Part shown: positions 11,175 through 22,614 of the stretch, one piece after another
Layout: every line of letters starts with the position of its first letter
How positions within the stretch are numbered: position 1 is the stretch's first letter
Assembly: GCA_000165345.1 (NCBI GenBank)
Contig: CM000434.1
Coordinates: 1,216,001-1,280,000 of the forward strand
Direction: 5' to 3'
DNA: 64,000 nucleotides
Position numbers and translations under genes: made by a program
The notes under the pieces: generated by a model
Database searches by the model: none
Told to the model about the DNA's origin: nothing
What the model saw: the letters and a program-made list of their open reading frames with translations, nothing else

Positions 11175-12217
11175 ATGACAGATTTTGTGACAAAAAAACT
11201 AGAAGTAGAAAATAAAGCTTCTAAAAGTGAAAATAGTGAGGAAATCGATTTAAATAATAAGGAAACATTTGTAAATCAAGTAGTTAGTGATGAAAATACA
11301 ATTTGTACAAGAGGAACAGAATCTTCGATTTTCACAATCTTGAGGAATTCAAGGAGAGAACATTTCTTTGATGCTCGTATAAAGTTATATAAAGAGAAGC
11401 TTAGTTTAATGGAGAAAGAAGGTAAGATGAAGTTCAGTAAGGGGATAAACTCTCGAAAAAGTATGCAAAGATGTTGCAAAATGAATAAATATCAAATATA
11501 CCGTATATTGATTACTATTTTGGGAGTTTTTTTTATGTTATTAGCATTGTTTGGTGTATCATTCTTATTGTTGCTTCCAAAGATTGCTGAAATTCAAATA
11601 AGGAACTCAAAAATGGATATTCAAGAAATCAATGTTTTTCAGATTAGTAGGCAGAATGGAGAAACTTCATTTGAAGTGGATTCAATATTGGCTATAGATA
11701 AAGTATCAAAGTACAAGACTGAGTTTATTCATTCATTAATGCAGATAAGCTATGGAATAAAAGGAGAAGAAACTAAATCTTTGGGTGAATTATATATTTC
11801 ACAGATGTCTGTGAATGAGGATGGAATTTTAAAAGCAAGAGGAAGATTTACAATAAGGAATAATGAATCACTTAATGAATTGATTAATTACATGACATCA
11901 AGTTTGAATGTTAATAACAAGGATGAAGCTATAGAGAAGAATATCACATTTTATGGGAAAGGTTTAATGTCTCTAAGGATCTTTGGAATATTACTAAATA
12001 ACATAAATGTGGATAGAGAACTGAGCTATTCTTCAGTTTATGGATTGAATGGAACGTCTGAAAGAAGTTCTATTAATGGAAAGGAGGTTAGAGACAGAGT
12101 TTCTTCTGATAATGCCCCACTTTCGAACAAAAATGGATTAAAAATTCATAATATTTGGTTAAACTCTCACAAAATGGGTGGTATGAGATTGAATCTAGAG
12201 CTTGAACTTGATTTTCA
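11175..12217 (+). CDS. Hypothetical single-pass membrane protein, 5' part only. The ORF runs into the N-masked region, so its 3' end is unknown.
   Basis: ATG start. TM is ILITILGVFFMLLALFGVSFLLLLP. The ORF is open until masking begins at about 12218. The X-containing continuation in the track is not interpretable. Confidence 0.45.
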
Positions 12218-15180
12218 NANANNNANNGNTNANAATNGNANANNANNNNNNTNNAANNAGNTNTTNNNNNNNNNNNCNNNANNTNGNNNATANNGNNNNC
12301 TNANNNNANNNNTNNNAATANNNANAATNNNANNTNNNTANTGCANANTCNNNTNGTNNNATGNAANNNTNCNNNTTCANNTNNANNANNTTNNNNNTAN
12401 TNNNTNNGNTTTATTNNNNGNGNANNNNANNANNNNNNATNNNNNNNNNNNNCNATAANNANNNTNTTNNAAAANNNGNNANNTCCNANNNNNTTNNNNN
12501 ANNNAAANNNNNNNNNTNNNGANNNGNNNNCNNNNANNNNNNNNNNNNNTNATNNNNNANTGAANNNNNNANTTNTNNNTNNTTTAAGNNGTNNNNTNNN
12601 ANNNNNATNNNNNNNNNTNNNTNNNNNNNNNNNNNNNNNNNNTNTCNNTNNNNNNNTCTNTCTNNNNTNNNTNNNTNTNTNNNNNTNTNNNNNTNTNTNC
12701 NNNNCTCNGATNANNNNNNNNNTTACTNNCTNNNANNCNTAAANTNNNNTTANATTNANNNNNTGNNCNNGATTANNNNNNNNANAANNNTAANNNCNAN
12801 NNNNNNTANNNCNNNNNNNACTNNNNNAANNNACCNGANNNTNNNNANNNNNNNTTNNNTNNNAAAGNNNNAAAAAAANNNNNNNCTTNNTCNNTNANAA
12901 ANNTNNNNCNNANCNCNNNNNAANNNTGNTNCNNNANNNNCNNNNNCGNNTNNTNNNTNATNANNNNNNTNNNTNNNNNNNNANNGNTANNNNNAATNNA
13001 NNNNNNNTNNTGNNNNNNATNTANAAAANNNTNNNNANTTNTNTCANNANNTNNNNNTNNNNANNNNTNNNNANTNNNNGNTNTNNATNNANNNAANNAN
13101 NNTNTNNNNNTCANNNNANNNNNNNNTNTNNNGGANNATNNNNNNNANNNAAANANNNNCNNNNATAANGNNNNNCNAAANNNTACANNNNTNGNNNNTT
13201 NNANANTNNCTNNNNTTANTTANTNNNNANTNCNANAANTTANNTNATTNNNANNNNNATANANNNNNCNNTNACAAGNATNNTNNGNNNNNCTNNNTNN
13301 AATNNAANANTNANACNANNNNNNNNNNTNNNNANACNNNNNNAANNNCCAANTNAANNNNNATNNANNNTNNNNNATNNGNANATGATGANNNTAANNN
13401 NNANGANNTANNNNANNNNNNNTNNNANNTNANNNNNNNNNNANTNCNNANNNNTNTNNTNNNNNNNNTNNNNCANNTTNTANNTCNNNTNNCANNNNNN
13501 NNNANNANNNTTNNGANNNGNNNNNAAANNNTNNTTATNNNTTNCTNNNNNNNNNNNANCCNNANTNCTANAGANANNCNNNNNNANACNATNNGNANNN
13601 NATTNNANCTNNATGNNNGNNNACNNNNNNNTNNTNNNGNANTNTNNNNNNNNNNTNNTNTNNNANTNANNNNNNNNNGNANANNNTTNATNNNTNNAAN
13701 ANNANATNNNNNNNTNNNTTANTNNNANNAANTANANNANNTNTTGANNNANNTNCNNANNNNNTANANTNATNNTNTNANNNANTNTNANNNNNTTCNT
13801 TNTNANNNNNGNTAAATNNNNNATNNNNGNNNNANNANNTNNNNTNGNNNTTANNNNNANTGAANNNNNAANNNATTNNTNTNTNNANTNNTNNAATTAT
13901 NCTNAATNNTTATNNGAANANNNATNNNANNTTTTGGANANNNAATNNAAAAGNNNACNNCNNATNNNNNANNANNNNNNANCNNNTAATAANAANATAA
14001 NNNNANNANNNATNNNNNNNTANATTTAANNNNTNNNNNNNTNNNNNTANNTNNNNCTATTNTTNAACTNNTTTTNNCNNNNNNNANTNNNNNNAATANT
14101 TNTNTCANTNNTAAANNNNNGNNNANNNANTNNNATNTNANNNNAGNCNANNNNNNNNNNANTCNAATNNCNNNTNTNATNATNANNNNNNANNTGAAAN
14201 TNGNNTNNATNNTGANANANAANAAANANNAAANANAANNATGNNNNNNNNAATNNNANNNNANANAAATTANANTNNATNNNNNANTNNNNNTTNTTNN
14301 AGNNNAATTNATNNNNNANNNNNANTNNTGANNNANANTNANNANTNNTNNNNNGNNNTANGNTNTANGTNTNANTNNCNATTATNNNNNNNTNNNNTNN
14401 NNNANNNNNTNNNNGNNNNNTGNTGNCNTGNNATNNTANNNNTNNNATNATNTNAANNNANTNNNNNANNNNNTNTNNNANNNNNTNATANNANNNNACN
14501 AANNNNNNNNNNNNNNNNNNNTNNNANNNNNNTNNTCNNANNNCATNNNANNNANGNAAAGANTNNANANTNNNNTNNNNNANNNAANNTNACNNNATTN
14601 NANNNTNNNNNTNTANTNNNNAAANNAATNNANTNGNTNNNANNNTTTNNNNTNNANNNNNNTNNNNNTAANTNAATNANTNNANNANNNNNTNNNCNGN
14701 NNNTNAANNNNNNNNTNNNTANNNGGNGNNANNNNNTNNNNNNNANNNTNNNNNNNNNATNNNNTNNNANNNNCANNANANNNNNCNNATNNNTNNATNN
14801 NNGNNNNNTNATNNNTNNNNNAANTNNNNNANTANANNNAATGTANTNATNNNNNNNNANTTGNANGANNGNNTANATNNNTNNNANANNNNNNNNNNNN
14901 NNTTNATANNTNCTNNNANANNNNTTGATATACAGTNGNNTATNAGNTNTCAATANNCNANANTATGTTGAAANTATGNAANTTNNTNTAANNANGGNTN
15001 NACTGNNTNTTTNNNTTGGAAAAGATGTCNANANGANCNNNTANTCAGCNNTNANNNAGANTCNNAGANANGCNTATNNTTCNGCNNACNAAGTNGANTG
15101 TATCGNAGTCAGNNTGTNATGNTNTTGNTCCNNNTGNAGTTCANGNNNTCNNATGANGNANTNGATCNNGAANTAGANNA
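12218..15180. other. N-masked or ambiguous block. About 70-80% of positions are n, with masking density falling off toward the 3' edge. Contents are unknown.
   Basis: Direct observation. Every ORF with X residues here comes from n being translated as X. Confidence 0.95.
12643..12706. repeat. Probable polypyrimidine (CT-rich) low-complexity tract inside the masked block.
   Basis: Every unmasked base in this roughly 60-nt stretch is t or c (tntc..tctntct..tntntnt..ctc). Confidence 0.3.
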
Positions 15181-15337
15181 ANATNANGAAGAAAAATTAC
15201 ATATTAAAGCTATTAATACTCCTCATGGTATACCATATTGGCTTGTTCCAGTATTTGAATTTCTCAAATTACCAGCTTCCAGTACTTTAAGTAGTCTAGA
15301 TTCAGCAGAGTTTGGATCAGTTACTTTTTCATAATTT
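15181..15337 (+). CDS. C-terminal fragment of a gene whose body lies in the masked region (...EEKLHIKAINTPHGIPYWLVPVFEFLKLPASSTLSSLDSAEFGSVTFS, then stop).
   Basis: Unmasked stop-free tail ending at TAA 15335..15337. Its frame differs from the 11175 ORF, so the link to that gene is unresolved. Confidence 0.3.
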
Positions 15338-15541
15338 TATATTATATAATGCAAATATATAGATTTTGTAATATTGCGCCAAGATAACCACTTTCATGTT
15401 AATACTCACAAATTCAAATTATCATTTTTGGAATAAAAAAAATAACAGGTGTGAATTTGAAAAACAAGTAAAATCCTTGTTATTACATCATTAAAGGAAC
15501 TCATATATTTCCAAATTTATTTTAAAAGAATTTATAACTTC

Positions 15542-17470
15542 ATGGATGATATTTATTTGGCAGAATTTCATGGTTTTATTGATGAAAAAACATGGGAAAT
15601 TGCTAAATTAAGTATACATTATCTTCATACACTTAAAGAAAATATAATAAAAGTCTTGGAAAATGGAGGTACACTTGAGAAATATTCTCATTTAAGAGAT
15701 TTAATTGAAATTGTAAGAATATGTATTTTACATGGTATTTTAATTGGAATAAATTATTTAAATAAATCAGAAGATAATTACAAATATGATTATGGTTCTT
15801 TGTATCATTTTGTAAGAATATTCCCAGAACTTAATGAATTAGGAAAAGTTGATGATATGTGTTTTTTATCATTTTTATTAATGAATAAAGTATTTACTGG
15901 ATTTCTTGAATCTATTAAAAATCCTTCATCAAAATGGAATCAAAGAATAACAATGTATTATCATCATGCTAGTATTTTGAGATATAGTGAATTCTTGAAA
16001 GAGTTTATTTTAATAATCAACAGTTTTGAAAATTGTCTAAGAATCAAAAATTTCCATATTCCTAATAATTGGATGACTTATTTTGCAAAATTATCATTAA
16101 GATGGAATAATTTTGGAAATGATCAAACAACAGAAATATCAATTATTAATGAGAATTTTAAGAATATTAAATATAAAACAAAACAATATAATCATCATGA
16201 TCAAAAAATTCTTAAAAATCTTACAAATATTAATGATATAGAAATTGATTCTAAATCTACTTTAAGTATTTTATTAAAGCAAGAATTTGAACAAAAGATC
16301 AATTTTAAAGATTATAATATATTTGATGATAGAGCTTTTATTTCAAAATCAAGTATATTAAATTCAAATAATGAATTGGATCCAGATATATTAAGTGATA
16401 ATAATGATCATATTGTTGTATATAATGAAAGAAATATTCAAGATATTGAAGATTTATTGGGGGATATGTGGTGTCCAATGTTTGATTATTCTCCTATATC
16501 TGAAAAACTTTATTTAGAAAATGAAGAAGAAAATTTTGTAAATTATGATAATGAAAATAATAATAATAATAACAATAATGACAATAATAATGAATATAAT
16601 AAATTACAAGAAAAAGATGAAAAAAATAATATAGAGTTAAATAATATTTATAATTATGAAGATATTAATCATTATATAAATATTAATAATGAATCAGATT
16701 TATCTAATTTCAAGATTAATTATGAATTAAAATTGATAAAAAATGATAATAATGAATTGAAAGAAAGGTATTTATCTTATTATCATATTCCATTAAATAA
16801 ACAAGAAGAAAGGTTAATATTAGAATTACAAGATTATAAATGTTTTACAAAACATTGTGAAAATATATTAGAATTTGATCAAGAATCTAAATTGAATTTC
16901 TGTTGTTTTACTGGTTATTATTATTGTGATTATTGTTATGGATCAAATACATGTTCAATTTTACCAGGTCTTCTTGCAAAATATGGAAATTTAACACCAG
17001 TTCCAGTATCAATTAAATCTAAAGAAAAATTAAAAAGTCTTGAAAATATACCATTGATTAAGATTCATTCATTAACAGCTGAAATATGGGAATCTAATAA
17101 GTATATTAAACAATTGGTATATTTGAAATCATATTTATCATCATTATTAATTATGAATGATAATAATAATAATAATAATAATAAATGTCAATATAAAGAA
17201 TCAATAAAAAGAAGATTATTAAGAGAATATGATATAATATATCAATTTGGTAGATATGAATATTTTTCAGTAAATCAATTAACAGAAATAGCTTATGAGA
17301 TATTTTCACAAGAGGTTACAATGTATTCAAATGAAACAAATATTCAAATTACTGTAAGAGAAATGAAAAATATTGCAATCAATTGGAGAAAACATTTATT
17401 AAAATGTATACATTGTCAATATCAAAATAAAAATTCAAAGAAAGATTTAATTTTATCTTTAAAAGAGTAA
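15542..17470 (+). CDS. Rubicon/PLEKHM1/DEF8-family protein: RUN-like N-terminal domain plus a C-terminal cysteine-rich Rubicon-homology (RH) zinc-finger domain, with poly-Asn insertions.
   Basis: ATG start. The C-terminal FCCFTGYYYCDYCYGSNTCSILPGLLAKYGNLTPVPVS...LIKIHSLTAEIW...KQLVYLKSYL...CIHCQ aligns with Rubicon [38 protein letters not shown]...LLIKIWNDPL...CMLCQ. The N-terminus is a RUN-like helical region. The middle has Asn runs encoded by (AAT)n. Confidence 0.5.
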   Translation: MDDIYLAEFHGFIDEKTWEIAKLSIHYLHTLKENIIKVLENGGTLEKYSHLRDLIEIVRICILHGILIGINYLNKSEDNYKYDYGSLYHFVRIFPELNELGKVDDMCFLSFLLMNKVFTGFLESIKNPSSKWNQRITMYYHHASILRYSEFLKEFILIINSFENCLRIKNFHIPNNWMTYFAKLSLRWNNFGNDQTTEISIINENFKNIKYKTKQYNHHDQKILKNLTNINDIEIDSKSTLSILLKQEFEQKINFKDYNIFDDRAFISKSSILNSNNELDPDILSDNNDHIVVYNERNIQDIEDLLGDMWCPMFDYSPISEKLYLENEEENFVNYDNENNNNNNNNDNNNEYNKLQEKDEKNNIELNNIYNYEDINHYININNESDLSNFKINYELKLIKNDNNELKERYLSYYHIPLNKQEERLILELQDYKCFTKHCENILEFDQESKLNFCCFTGYYYCDYCYGSNTCSILPGLLAKYGNLTPVPVSIKSKEKLKSLENIPLIKIHSLTAEIWESNKYIKQLVYLKSYLSSLLIMNDNNNNNNNKCQYKESIKRRLLREYDIIYQFGRYEYFSVNQLTEIAYEIFSQEVTMYSNETNIQITVREMKNIAINWRKHLLKCIHCQYQNKNSKKDLILSLKE

Positions 17471-17510
17471 AATATATTTATATTTATTTCAAGATTCAAA
17501 CTTTCTTTAT

Positions 17511-17580
<70 letters not shown>

Positions 17581-17850
17581 TATTTGCTGAATAAATATCC
17601 AAATATTTCCCCTCATGGTGCCATTTTGGATTTAATAATTATTGCAAAAATGCATTTATTGAATGGAAATCAATTATTAATATTATAATTTCTAATTGGA
17701 AATTCTTTTTTTGTTCTTGAAGAAAAAAAACTCTCAAATCACTCAGTTATTTAACTTTATTATTATTTTTCTCAACTTATTTTAATTTTATATTTAAACA
17801 AAAAAAAAAAAAAAGAAAAAGTTATCAAAAAGTTAAATACTTAATTTTGA

Positions 17851-19558
17851 ATGTGGAATTTTTATAAAAAAATACCAAATATTAATTCATTTTATTCAGT
17901 TGGAAATGGAGAAGAAATAATACAAAGATTAAAAGTCAATAAGAAAGCATTATTAGTTTCAGGAGAAACTGAAGATTATAAAGGATGTACAAATGATATT
18001 ATAGAATATGCAGTAATACTTTCAAATATATATAAATTTAAAGAAATAAGAATTTTATTAAGTGAAAGTATCAGAAATTTTATATGGAAATTTTATATCA
18101 TTATCATTAAGTAGAATTAATGGAGCAATAATACAAATAGTAAGATTGTCAAAAAAATCTCTCAAAGAAGGATTTCAATGGTTAATTTCTATGGAAGAAA
18201 ATACAGGAAATGAAAACTATTACTCAGAATTTTCAAATATATATAGAGGAAATGATAATTTTGGGATGAATTTCTCAAATAATATTTATGATTTAGTATT
18301 TGTTTATTCTGGTCCAGTAAAATTTTCAAAGAATGATATTAATATTGATAATAATACAAATATAGAAAATGAAGCAGTTAACGGTCCATTTTTTTTAATT
18401 TCAAAAGGAAAAAAAAATGATAAAGATGAATATGATTATGATGATTATATAAGTTTTTCAGATTTTGATAGAATGATATTAGAAACAAATTCAAATAATA
18501 AAGGCAATTTGACATGTTTTTTGGATTGTAATTATTCATATATGTTTTTATCAGATTATACAAAAGGAGAAGAATATTGTAATAATAATAATAATAATAA
18601 TAATAGTAATTATGAAAATATTCGATTTAATCATCATCGAATATCAACAATGCCAGAAATAAATAATAATAATAATAATAAAGATCTCTTAAATATTAAT
18701 CCAAATAAGACATCTTATTACAAAAAGAGAGATCTTTCTGTAATAATATTAGCATCATGTTCTTCTTCAATACAAGATTCACAAGAAATTAAATTATGTT
18801 CAAATAATGGTATAGGATTATCAATAATATATAGAAGATTATTTTCATATTTTATTCAATCAATAATAAGATATCATTTTGAAAATATAATAAATAAAGA
18901 TAATAATCAAAATTTTCAATTAATTCCAAGAATTACTTTAAAATCTTTAATTGAAGAGATTTCAAGAAATATGTTTCATTATTTAACAAAAAATCATTTA
19001 AAGAATCAAATTCCAATATTATTAGCATCAGTTGGAATTTCAACACAAGATAATATATTATTAAATAATGATATGAATAATATAAATATGATGAATTATT
19101 TAAATGATGGTGATTATATTATTGGTAATTTTGATCAAAAAAATAAAATTAATTCTAATATATCATTATCATCATCAAATAATATAATGAATTTTAATAA
19201 ATTTCCAATAAAGAATTTAAATATGGGAAATAATAAAAGAATATATAATAATAATAATAATAATAATTGTTATATGTATCAAAGAAATATTCCAAATATT
19301 AGTATTAGTCCAAATTCTAATTCTAATTTGATTCAAGAGATTAATCAATTAAGATCAGAATTATCTTATTTAAAACAAACTATCAATTCTGAAAATATTG
19401 CTCGAAATTTCAATTATAATGAAAATAATTATAATAGAATAAATAATGGATATAAAAGTTATTGTCCTGTTCAAATTTTCAATTCAGATACTATTTTTAA
19501 AAAAAGTGTAAAACCATCATCAACTATAACTCATCATAGAACATTCACATCAAAGTAA
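17851..19558 (+). CDS. Asn-rich hypothetical protein. The gene is split between two reading frames with a break near 18062..18114, which is either an unannotated short intron or a frameshift.
   Basis: An ATG-initiated 87-codon stop-free ORF (17851..18114, frame 1) overlaps a 498-codon ORF (frame 2) whose track start is GTG. An 87-codon stop-free stretch in AT-rich DNA argues that the upstream piece is coding. Candidate intron 18069..18111 (GTATCA...TTAAG) or 18111..18144 (GTAGAA...GTAAG) would fuse the frames. Confidence 0.35.
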
Positions 19559-19860
19559 ATCAATTAATAAAAGAGAAATAAATTGATGAAAAAATATATA
19601 TATTAGGCTAAGAATTTATATTATTGGGAATTTTTAATACAGATACATATACAATAGTTTTTATTTATTAATAGCTTTTAAACAAAGAAAAAATGAAATA
19701 AAATAAAAGAAAAATGTATTTATAAATAGGACAAATAACTAAATAGAATAATAAAATTATATATAATTTTAATTTTTTTGAAAATAAATAGAAAAAAATA
19801 AAATATTTGCAATATTAACTCTATTAGGGTCAATTTTATAGATTTAATTGTATTAAATAC

Positions 19861-19925
19861 ATTACGTGTAAATTACGTGTAAATAATATTATATTATTAA
19901 ATTTGCATGTGCATGTGCATGCGAA
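19861..19925. promoter_or_regulatory. Composite upstream element: tandem ttacgtgtaaa x2, then (tgcatg)x3 (tgcatgtgcatgtgcatgcgaatg), with an E2F-like tttttggcgccaatt at 20180..20194, upstream of the Aurora-like kinase gene.
   Basis: Read directly. GGCGCC palindrome at 20186..20191. Confidence 0.35.
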
Positions 19926-20250
19926 TGAGCAGAAACATATTGTAAATGTATTTATTATATTGGAATTAAAGAGGTTTATAGTTCGTGAGAAGAAGTAGGT
20001 ATTGTGTACATTTTTTTTATTTATTTCTATTATTTTAAGAGAAACAAATTATCGGTAAAAGTTGAGTTAAATTTACGATTTAAATACCCAGAATTTTGTG
20101 TTACAAATAAATTCCAAGTTGCAATTTTAATTCAAATTTATAAGTAAAGACACGTAATTCCGAGGGGGAAGTGGTAACCTTTTTGGCGCCAATTGTGGGG
20201 AAATAATGGGCATGCAGGGAAAAAAAAAATGTGTGTAAGTATGAGGAATA

Positions 20251-22305
20251 ATGAGAGAGGAGTATAACTATGATAGTTATAAGTACAGAGAGGGTGGAAT
20301 TAAAAGAGAGGAGTTGAAACAAAATAAGTTTGGTAGAGCAGAACTTTTAAAAAAGGAAAATGAATTAAGCAAACGAGAAGGAGCAGTGTTAAAGTCCAAA
20401 AATGTTCCAAAGCTTGCTTTGGAATCTGTGGATCCAAAAAGCAAATGGAAACAAATAACATCTAGTACATTCTACGGTGACTCGGGTCCATTACTTTCAA
20501 AGTTACACTCAGTTCCAGAGGAATTACAAAGACACTTTGAGATTTATGATGGAATTGAGGGAGTATTAGGTAGAGGAGCGTATTCAAGCGTATTTAAGAT
20601 CAGAAGTAAAAGAAGTGGTAATATATATGCATTAAAAGTTATGAGCGTAGAGCATTTTACTTGTAGAGGATTGTCAGGACAATTAAGAAGAGAAATTCAA
20701 CTTCAATCACAATGTTTTCATCCTAATATTGTTCAGTTATATAAATGTTTGGAACATAATGGGTATGTATTTTTGATTCTAGAGTATGTAGACACTAATT
20801 TATTCAATATTCTTCATAGAAAAAAGAAGAACCATGTAATTAGAGCTGGAGCTAGACGAAATAGATATATTCCAAGTGACGAAGAATATCAAGAAGAAGA
20901 ATCGTCTCTTTTTGCAAGAAATGAAGTGGTGAGTTATTTAACCCAAATACTCAAGGCTATTAATTATCTTCATGAAATGAGTATAGTTCATAGAGATGTT
21001 AAGCCTGAGAATATTTTAATTTCTTGTGAAGGAAGAGTTAAGCTTGGAGATTTTGGGTGGTGTGGAGATTTATGTAGGAGATGTAATTCAATGGCAGGAA
21101 CATTCTGTTATATGGCTCCAGAAATCCTTAAAGGTGAAAGACAAACAGCTAAAGTGGATTCTTGGAGCGTTGGAATTTTAATTTACGAGCTTTATATGGG
21201 AAATGTACCATTTATTCCAAATAACTCATCTGGAGGAGGAGGGAGAGGAGGAAGAGAGGGAGAATGTGATGGAAATACTAATTCTCAAGTAATTTCAATG
21301 CTAAATTCTATTAGAGAAATCTCCAAGGATGCAAGACCCAGTAGATTTCCACCAGATGCCTGGCATCTTTGTTGTTGGCTACTAAGGAAAAACTCCAACG
21401 AAAGAGCTTCTCCAATTCAAGCTCTCAACCATCCATTTCTAGCTGATGGCAACCTTACTTCTCCCATTCCTATTACTCCTTTCAGAAGGCCTGAATTTCA
21501 ATTAAATTCTACTCCAAAGACTGTCAGGCAAGATATATCTTCCCCTAAAGTACAAAATTCCACTACTTTTACTACCCTTCCTCTTGTTGCAGTTCCCACT
21601 CCAAGAAAAGCCTCCGAGAAGGAAAAGTTGAGGCCAGAAACCCAAATTAAAAGAATGGTAACTGAGATACCAACTAATATGTATAACTATAACTATAACT
21701 ATAACTCTGAAAGAAGTTCTGGTTTGCATGCCAATAATAACTATCTCTCGCAGAAAACTGCTTTGAATGCACCTGTTGTTGGAGTTGGACCAGGAATTAA
21801 TGTTGTTTCTGTCCAAACTGATCACTACAAACAACAAAATCCTAGTTCTGAAACTAGGTACTATCAATATCAACAGGCCCGTGTCGCAAATACCAAAAGA
21901 GCAGATGAACCTCAGAGAAGAGATCTTTCTGTTGTTAGGAATCCTCTTCCCAGAGATCATTTTGGCCCAGGATACTTACAAAAGATTCCTCAACAGTATC
22001 CTATTGATCAAAACCCTAGAATCAATTATAATGAAAACTTCCAGGTTTCATCAAGGCCTGTATTTGATAGAAATCAGTTATATGGACAAGCACCACCTCA
22101 GCCTCAAGGAATCATCTCTCGTGATATTTATATGCCTCCTGTTCCACAAATGGGATCAGGATTTCCCCAAAATCAGCCCAACAAACCCATATTAAGGCAA
22201 AATACACCTCCAAATAGATATGTCAGTCAACCTCCCATATATTACTATGAACAACAACCATCACAAGTAAGAAGGAATCACTACATATCACAAAACCACC
22301 ATTGA
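20251..22305 (+). CDS. Aurora-family serine/threonine protein kinase with a kinase-insert segment and a long Q/P/Y/N-rich C-terminal tail.
   Basis: ATG start. Motifs: GRGAYSSVFK...YALKVM (VAIK-like), HRDVKPENILI, DFGWC (the Aurora-typical DFGW), GTFCYMAPEIL, DSWSVGILIYEL. (AACTAT)4 at about 21676 encodes NYNYNYNY. Confidence 0.75.
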   Translation: MREEYNYDSYKYREGGIKREELKQNKFGRAELLKKENELSKREGAVLKSKNVPKLALESVDPKSKWKQITSSTFYGDSGPLLSKLHSVPEELQRHFEIYDGIEGVLGRGAYSSVFKIRSKRSGNIYALKVMSVEHFTCRGLSGQLRREIQLQSQCFHPNIVQLYKCLEHNGYVFLILEYVDTNLFNILHRKKKNHVIRAGARRNRYIPSDEEYQEEESSLFARNEVVSYLTQILKAINYLHEMSIVHRDVKPENILISCEGRVKLGDFGWCGDLCRRCNSMAGTFCYMAPEILKGERQTAKVDSWSVGILIYELYMGNVPFIPNNSSGGGGRGGREGECDGNTNSQVISMLNSIREISKDARPSRFPPDAWHLCCWLLRKNSNERASPIQALNHPFLADGNLTSPIPITPFRRPEFQLNSTPKTVRQDISSPKVQNSTTFTTLPLVAVPTPRKASEKEKLRPETQIKRMVTEIPTNMYNYNYNYNSERSSGLHANNNYLSQKTALNAPVVGVGPGINVVSVQTDHYKQQNPSSETRYYQYQQARVANTKRADEPQRRDLSVVRNPLPRDHFGPGYLQKIPQQYPIDQNPRINYNENFQVSSRPVFDRNQLYGQAPPQPQGIISRDIYMPPVPQMGSGFPQNQPNKPILRQNTPPNRYVSQPPIYYYEQQPSQVRRNHYISQNHH

Positions 22306-22614
22306 TTGGAGTATTGGGTCTTAAAGGGTTTTCTCTCCCCTTAAAGAGAGGGCTTTTCTTAAGCGTCTAGCTAGATTCAATTAGATCATCTAGTAGGAGT
22401 ATAGAGTTTAAGGATATATATTAAACATTCTCTCGAGTAAGGAAAGAAAGAAAAAAATATCGACTAATGTTAAGTCTTTTCTAGTCAATTTGTTCGATTT
22501 CTTGTACTAAAAATACGGTGAAAGTAATAAAAAGTAATATTTAAAAGCTCGAGTCTTTTATGATAAATCATCAGAAATACTATCTCCTCTGTTTCCTAAG
22601 TAGTGAGGGAGGAT

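Noticed and set aside
12202-15176. ORFs composed mostly of X residues (12202..13815, 13044..13352, 13385..13747, 14241..15176, 14270..14953)
   Set aside because: They are artefacts of translating n as X across the masked block and carry no codon information.
20229-20240. ATGTGT|GTAAGT upstream of the Aurora-like kinase as a possible micro-exon
   Set aside because: No acceptor between the donor and the kinase ATG puts it in frame (an in-frame TGA sits at 20242..20244). Treated as a coincidence.
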